Shown piece by piece: positions 56,853 through 64,000 of a stretch of 64,000 bases of DNA. The notes beneath the pieces are model-generated. The model was not told where the DNA came from. It worked only from the letters and a program-made list of their open reading frames with translations, and searched no databases. The stretch comes from the human T2T-CHM13v2.0 reference genome, Homo sapiens. Position numbers and translations under genes: made by a program. The stretch lies in assembly GCF_009914755.1 (NCBI RefSeq), contig NC_060938.1. The stretch is one strand, 5' to 3'. Position 1 is the stretch's first letter. Every line of letters starts with the position of its first letter.

Positions 56853-59800
56853 GAAACTGGTGGCTTTGAACACTTGGTGTGGACTACTGTGTTATCCGGG
56901 ATATCAGGTATTATGAGACATCACCTAGCCATCTGCATCACATCTCTCTGGACAAGCAGCTATTACCAAAAAAGGCATATACTTCCAGTCCTGTGCTCCA
57001 TCTGCCTTAATTCTTTGCTCGTTCCTCCATGTTGGCACCACTTCCCAGAGAGCTCCACTGCATCTCACACTCTGCCCACGTGCTGGGGAAGTCTCACGGC
57101 CTGCACATCTCTTGTGACTCTGGGAACCGCCTCTCCCGCCGGAGCCCCCGAGCCCCACCAATGGCAGCTCTTCCCAGTCAGCAGCTTCAGAGCAGGCAGT
57201 CTCCTTGGAAGGCCCGACTCTGTTCCTGCATGGCCTGCAGTTTCTACTTTGTGCATAGAGTCATTTTCAGAGTCACCGCGACCCTGTTGGCCTTCTAGAA
57301 AGTTTCTTTTGTTCTTTTCTGAGACAACCACCTAAGTGATAATACGCTTTTTTGGAAACTAATATATATTGCCAGACTGCATCATAACCTTTATCATGCC
57401 AAGCATCCTGATGCAACTCACATTTCCCTAAACATGGGGTACAGTTATGATTTATAAATTGAGTTGGCTTAAATCTCCCTCTTCTCCCTTCCCAAGTGTT
57501 ACAAAGATCATTTACTGCAACTGTCGTTGGACACTGTAGCTTAAAGGGAACGTGGACCTCAATGCTTTCTGCCTTCAACTTTTCAGCATTGTGACCCCAG
57601 GGTGGTTGCCACCCCATCTTTTCCTGACCCCCCCCACCCCCCCACCTCCAAGAGGTTCGGCCCACATCACTGTACCTGGTGCTTGTAAATTTGGAATTGG
57701 TGCCTTCTCCTTTTGGCAACCATGGTTATCAATCCTTTTTCTGTTTTAGTGTCTTATTTCTTCTTTCAAGTTATTTGCTAGCCAAAGATGACATCACTGA
57801 GATTAGGAGACAGGGGAGAGCTTGCTGCAGATTCTGACAGTGCAGATTTTAAATGTCAGGATATTAGAATAGCTGGCGCTGGTTTATGAAAGCTGCGCGT
57901 TGTTCCGCGTTCTCTCGGTGTGCCTGGCCTTTTATGTGGCACTCTGTATGTCAGTTTGTGTCCTTCATGTGCTGATGTGATTACACAAACACCATGCACT
58001 CTCTTTTCATATCAGAGTACAGGACAGAGAAGTGATCAATGTATTGGTCTAGTGAGACTGAGATGAAAAGAAATAACCTACAGAGTGGTCTGTAATGCCT
58101 TTTGGTTGGACTGGGAACAAGTAAAAATTTCTAATAAACATTTTGAGACTTCCAGAATCACTTTTGTTATCTTATCAGACCATGGGCCTGCTGAGGGTTG
58201 AGCAGACAGCCTGCATTCTAACATACCCTGTTCCCACCCCACGGCCATTCAGACTGCACTCAATACGCTGAAGTCGCTTTTGTTGTTGTTGTTGTTGTTT
58301 GCATCATTTGGATTTTTTTCCTGCTTTCAATACCAAAAAAATGCAGATGCTTTAAGGCCTAAACAGAATTCTGAAGAATTTAAAATATGCAATTAAAGTT
58401 TGATATGTTTTGTCTCCCAAGCACCTTGTTTTTTGTTGTTGTTGTTGTTGTTGAAGTCAGCTGATTTTCTCTTTAGAAAGAGGGTCAGCTAGAAACCTAG
58501 GTTTTTTGGAATTGTAAATTTTTTTTTAGTATAGTCTGGAGAGAAAGGTCATTCAAAAGGAAAGTACAATGGGACTTGCTGCCCTTCATCATCTCGTTCC
58601 CGTGCCAGGTGTGTGTTGGTCACGTAAAAGCCTGGGAAGCATCAGAGGAGTCCCGGATTGCTGCTGCTACCTGGAGACAGGGTTAGCAAAATAACACTAG
58701 TGATGAGGGAGAGGCTTCTTTTCACCATAAGCCTGCTGTGTACACCGAGGGCGGCAGGAGAAGCATGGGAAGGAGTCAGCCTAAGTTTGCACATTGCATA
58801 AAGGGTACACTAAGGTATGAGCTGAAGCTTTAGGTTCTCCGTGCTTCCCTCAAGACCTCCTTCTTGCTAACAGAAGCAGTAGGCAATTGCTGCAGTGCGT
58901 TTCTCACCCTGCCAATAGGTCTGTCTGTATCTCTGTTAAGGAAAATAGCCTGGTCCCTCCTGGCAGTGCTTGGAAGCTTGATGCTAATTTTTATATAGCG
59001 TGGCAAACTGACCAGCAGTGCCAGGCCTTGATCTGTATTCTGCACTATCCCTTTACTTGGTTCCTGGCACTGAATGGTCTCCAGCCCTGAAGAATCACGT
59101 GTGATCACAGCAGCTGACCTGGGCTTTCTCCCCGAGAGGAAGGGGCATGTCATTTTTATTTGACAGAGGGAAAATGGGAGCTGTCCTTGACTGCCTTTGT
59201 TGTGCTTTCCCGCGTAAGATAGCACTGTGTTTTAAACTGTTGCATTACACTGTCTTTGCAATGATGTAAATGTAAGAAATCACTTAGCTTTAAAAGCGCA
59301 GTGGTTTGATCTTATTTATATGAAGACTTTTTAACATATCAAGAATTAGGTGCATTGGCAGGTAGGGTTTGGGGTGTGATAACTGCTTCAGATGGAATGT
59401 TCACTTAAGCTTTGTCTTCTTAAAAATTATCAATGTGAATGTCATAATTATATATATTTTTGTGGAAAATTTTCTCCTAAGTATAAGTTATTGTGCAAAA
59501 TATAGTGTCATTGATGCAAATAATAGTTTAACTTTTAGTTTAGAACTCCTAAAAGATATAAATTGTATTGCATATGCATTAAAAGTTTGTTTTATTTAAT
59601 TTTATGTAGATGTGTGAAGTGTTAGGTAAAATTTTTTTCACTTATCCATTTAAACACCTTGTTACTTGAATATTGTGTTGACTGGTCTGCAACAGTGATC
59701 CATTCTGTAATATAGCTCTTTTAACTGGGAAGGAACCACACCCCAGTTGTGCCGATTACATTAGTGTTGGCACACAGTCGGGTGCTAGTGTAACACAAAT

Positions 59801-60925
59801 GCCGCGTTGTCTGGGTGTACAGTGTTTGTGGAGACGCCACTTCCTCAAAATGGTTTTTGATTGTTTTTAACCTATAAGACGTTCTGATGCTCACAAACCT
59901 CTATTCAACACACAAAACAAACATGAAAAGGTAGTTAGTTGGGTTGTAACAGCTTACTGGGGTGGACTCATAAAACAGTGGCTTTCTGTTCATCTAAAGT
60001 TTCCTCAGATACCACAGACCACTGTTAAGTGTGCTCATTGTCACTTTAAATTTCAACGATACCCTATTTTTGTCATTCTAAATATCAGATGTACTATTGG
60101 TATAATTGCACACCAAAAATAAGCCAAACAGTGCATTACGCTAACTGGATCCCTGCTTTTATGTGAGCTAAGGAAAGATGGAGCCAACTCCAACGAGGGC
60201 CTCTTTTTCTCTCTTGTCTAGCCTGTTTCTAAACCGAATGATCCAGGATTCAAGCTTCTATTGTCAAGTGAAACTTTCCTCAGATGGACTCCAGGTAGCC
60301 AGGTCACCTAAACCTAGTGGTCCTGTGCGATGCTCTTTCTGCCAGTCCCTGAATCTCTGCAGCTTCTCTTACCTGTCTTACCTGTAGTAAAGCACAATTG
60401 CAGTGGCGTCGCATTCAGAAGAAGGGAAGGTCAGCAGAGGCTATGCATGTTGTGTGATGATGAGTGTTTACAGCCACCTTCTCCTAAAACGAAATTTATA
60501 CCGGGGTGGATAGTATTCCATTAGGTAGACTTATCGACTTTGCTAAGTGCTTTTTAGACAGCTTAAAAAATTTTCAAGATTTTAAAAGATGTATAAGGTT
60601 AAGTTTGCAAATATAATGGAAATGCTGTATATCTTTTGAAGTGATGAAATCCACGTTGGAATTTTAAAGAAAATATGTTGTAATAATGCTGTTGTAAGTA
60701 ATATTTTAATGTCTCTTTGCCTGTTTTCTATTTCAGCACATTCATTGTGGTGAATGTTCATAGCATTATAACTGCTTAGCCATTGAATGATAACATTTGT
60801 TAGTGGAAATTGGAAAATTTATTTGTGAAATTCTGCAGAATTCATTTTTCTATTTCCAATATTTGCTGAGGTTAAATAAAAATTTTCAAGCCATTGATGT
60901 AATAAAATATGAAATGAAAGCATTT
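56853..60925 (+). other. RCOR1: RCOR1 3'UTR (~4 kb)
   Basis: Alu-free, increasingly AU-rich stretch after the stop codon that ends at tandem AATAAA; end coordinate approximate. Confidence 0.8.
60875..60906 (+). terminator. Distal polyadenylation signals (AATAAA 60875-60880 and 60901-60906)
   Basis: Two canonical hexamers at the end of the AU-rich UTR, T/GT-rich sequence downstream. Confidence 0.75.
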
Positions 60926-62991
60926 TCTGCACCCCCACGCTCCATCAAAGCAGTACCCTTCCCTGTAACAAAGTGGGGTTCTTTCTTTCCTTTTAAGTGA
61001 GGCTTGGGGTTTCCAAATGTTGAATTTCTTCCAAATCAGACCCTGTGGAAACACTGCCAGGGATGCCTTTTGTTTTTAGCCTTTTGCTCTACCTGAACTG
61101 ACATTCTTTTTTATATATGATAATTTTATAGTTGGAATCAAGTTGAAGCACATGAATTCATAAAGTTTGTGATAGTTGTGGGTTTAAATGCAAGGGTTCA
61201 GTAAGAGGCATTTTTCCCCCCATGGGTGGATTTTCTTTTTTCAGCCTGACCAGGCTTTTGGCCTGATACCTGGAGGCAGGATGGTGGCAGTGCAGAGGCA
61301 AGATCACTGCCGCTGTGGCCTCTGCTCAGCCAAGAGTGCATGCACACCAGTGCCGGTAGTTTCCTGAGTAGCGTGAAGAAGCTGGCGGTGGCTGTGGTCT
61401 CATGGTCTTCCCTTTATTAGCTGGGATGTAGAATTTGATTAGATGACTACTGTAGATTGGGGCTAGAAGTCCAGTGCACTATCCATTGTGCCACTGAGCT
61501 TGCTCACTAGATAACTTCTATAGAAACCCAATTTCTAGGTCCAGGCAGATGGGGCCCCTGTGTGTGACTGCACAGTGTAGGAGGGTTGTAGAAGGGTGAC
61601 CGGGTCCAGCCTTCCCAGCGTGGACAGTCTAGTGGAGGACACTGCACATATCCTCCAGGTGACAGCAGTCAGCACCACGGCGAGTGGAGCCACAGCTACA
61701 GGCAGGTCTGGGAGGGAGGCTGCAGCTGCCTCGCATCTAATTTAGAGAGTGCCTGTCCCGGAGCTGAGCCTGTGGAAAGGGGAGAGGGTCTGCTTGGGTG
61801 AGGGTGGCACCTAGGGGCCGAGGCCAAGAGTGTTGGGACCTCCGCTGTGATTTGTGAAGGTGGCTTGTGGTCTAGAACAAGAGGAAATGAGTGCCAAGGA
61901 CAGAGAGGAGGAAGGTTGAGGCCAAGGTGGCCCCCTGCCAAGATGCTGCTGGACATCTGCTAGGTTGGGCACTGAAGGTGGAGCCATTTGGACTTGGCCT
62001 TTAGTGACTTCAAAGAACCCCGGGCGATGGCTGAGGCTGGGAAGAGGGAGCTATGGAGGGTTGAGGGAGAGCCCCTCTCAAAGACTGGCCTAACTTGAGC
62101 GCGTGCAAGGGCACAGGATAGGAAGGGATAGCAGGCGGGCTGTGAGTCCCGAGTCAGACACATGGAGGCCCTGGCTCCAGCTCCCTTTTCTCGGACTGAG
62201 GGGGAAAAAAACACCTGTATACAGGTGTAGATGAGGCGCCTCTGTGCCTCACTTCCCATCATCTTGGCCCTCCCCACAACCCCGGCTTCAGACAGGTGTG
62301 ACTGCAGCACCCTGAGGTAGGTGACCTAGGGGAGCTCAGGAACAGCAGCCTGGAAGTAGCAGGGAGCTCCATCCCCAGGGGCAGCTCTGGGTAATCTGGG
62401 TAAGGCAGCCATAGACAGCAGCTCCCCCTCAGCGGCCCCCTGCAGAGACCAGCTCAGAAATGGTCTAGGACTGATTCTCCTTCCCTGCCTCACTTTTTCT
62501 GGCCCCCTACTTCTGTTGCCTGGGATTGGTTTCTAAAGCAAACCATTTACCCACAAAGCCTCATCTCAGGCTCTGCTTTTGCGGGGAATCTAGGCCAAGA
62601 CAGCACCACAGTGAGAATTACAAGGCTCGGGAGAGGCCTGGTGAGGTCCCTGCCAGGCCTGTCCCAGCCTTTCAGCTTATGGGAGGGAGAGATCTTGAGA
62701 GCACTTGGTGCTGACACTGCTGGAAAGGCCATAGTACCCACGCCCAACGGGGAGCAGCTGCACTGCTTGGAGGCAGGTGCTGGCTCTCAGAAGCTCCCTT
62801 CCCTGCAGCTCCCAAGCACCGTGCTTCCCACGCGCCAAGCACATGCTAGGCACTGACTCTTGGAGCTGACAGGTATTTGAGGCTCTATGCAAATTGCTTG
62901 CCTTCTCGACAGATCAGAGGCCATGCCTGGGGCATCATTTGGGCCCAGACTAGCTCATGGATGACCCTGACTTATTCTTTGTTTTGGGGTC

Positions 62992-63626
<635 letters not shown>

Positions 63627-64000
63627 TGACACTGCTGTGTATCTGGTCGCCAAGTTAGAAGCACTTTGATCGATCACTACTGCCAGGGACAGCACAAGTC
63701 CTTCTTCCCACCCGAGGGGGTGCCGTGGCCTCCTAACTAACCTGCCCCTAATCCCCACCATTCCTCTTGCCTTTTCTCTCCCACCCCCCACCTAATCAGG
63801 GACCTCTCCTGTGGAAAGCGGAAAGCATTGCATCTGTCTCCCAGAAAATGCACAGCCCTTCATTCTGCCCTAACCTGACTTCAGGGGTGCGGCCAGGCAC
63901 CTTCCCTTCAGCTCGGCCTGCCCCGGGCCCAGTCATGCGTCCCCGTCCGTCTCTGGTCCTGACGAACCCCTTCCTCCACCTTCTGCAGGGGGACTGATTC

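Noticed and set aside
56874-57719. 150 aa ORFs in the proximal 3'UTR on both strands
   Set aside because: Non-ATG starts, no recognisable domain
61920-62450. GGCCCCCTGC motifs resembling reverse CTCF cores
   Set aside because: Only partial matches in GC-rich sequence

Overview
Primate (almost certainly human) genomic DNA containing the 3' part of RCOR1 (CoREST/REST corepressor 1) on the + strand. Ten coding exons (exons 3-12 by my recollection of the gene model; 12237-56852) splice in frame to give part of the ELM2 domain, SANT1, the coiled-coil linker, SANT2 and the C-terminus ...VLDVRYASAS*, followed by a ~4 kb 3'UTR. The introns are dense in Alu, L1, L2/MIR, LTR and DNA-transposon relics. 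They also hold a young antisense SVA that was polyadenylated early inside its SINE-R, an RNY1 pseudogene, and a 5'-truncated PGAM1 processed pseudogene nested in an old L1. The most striking unexplained element is a ~1.35 kb GC-rich intronless insert in intron 3 (13580-14930). It is a decayed DUX-family (PRD-class, Q50) homeobox retrocopy with one frameshifted homeodomain, a DUX4/DUXC-like WGW...WE..PPQP segment, an A-rich tail and a degenerate TSD. The same intron carries a THE1 LTR with an intact DUX4-type motif, an ancient ~320 bp local duplication and a strong CTCF-like motif. Nearly all ORFs in the supplied track are Alu/SVA artefacts. Repeat boundaries and subfamilies were judged by eye.
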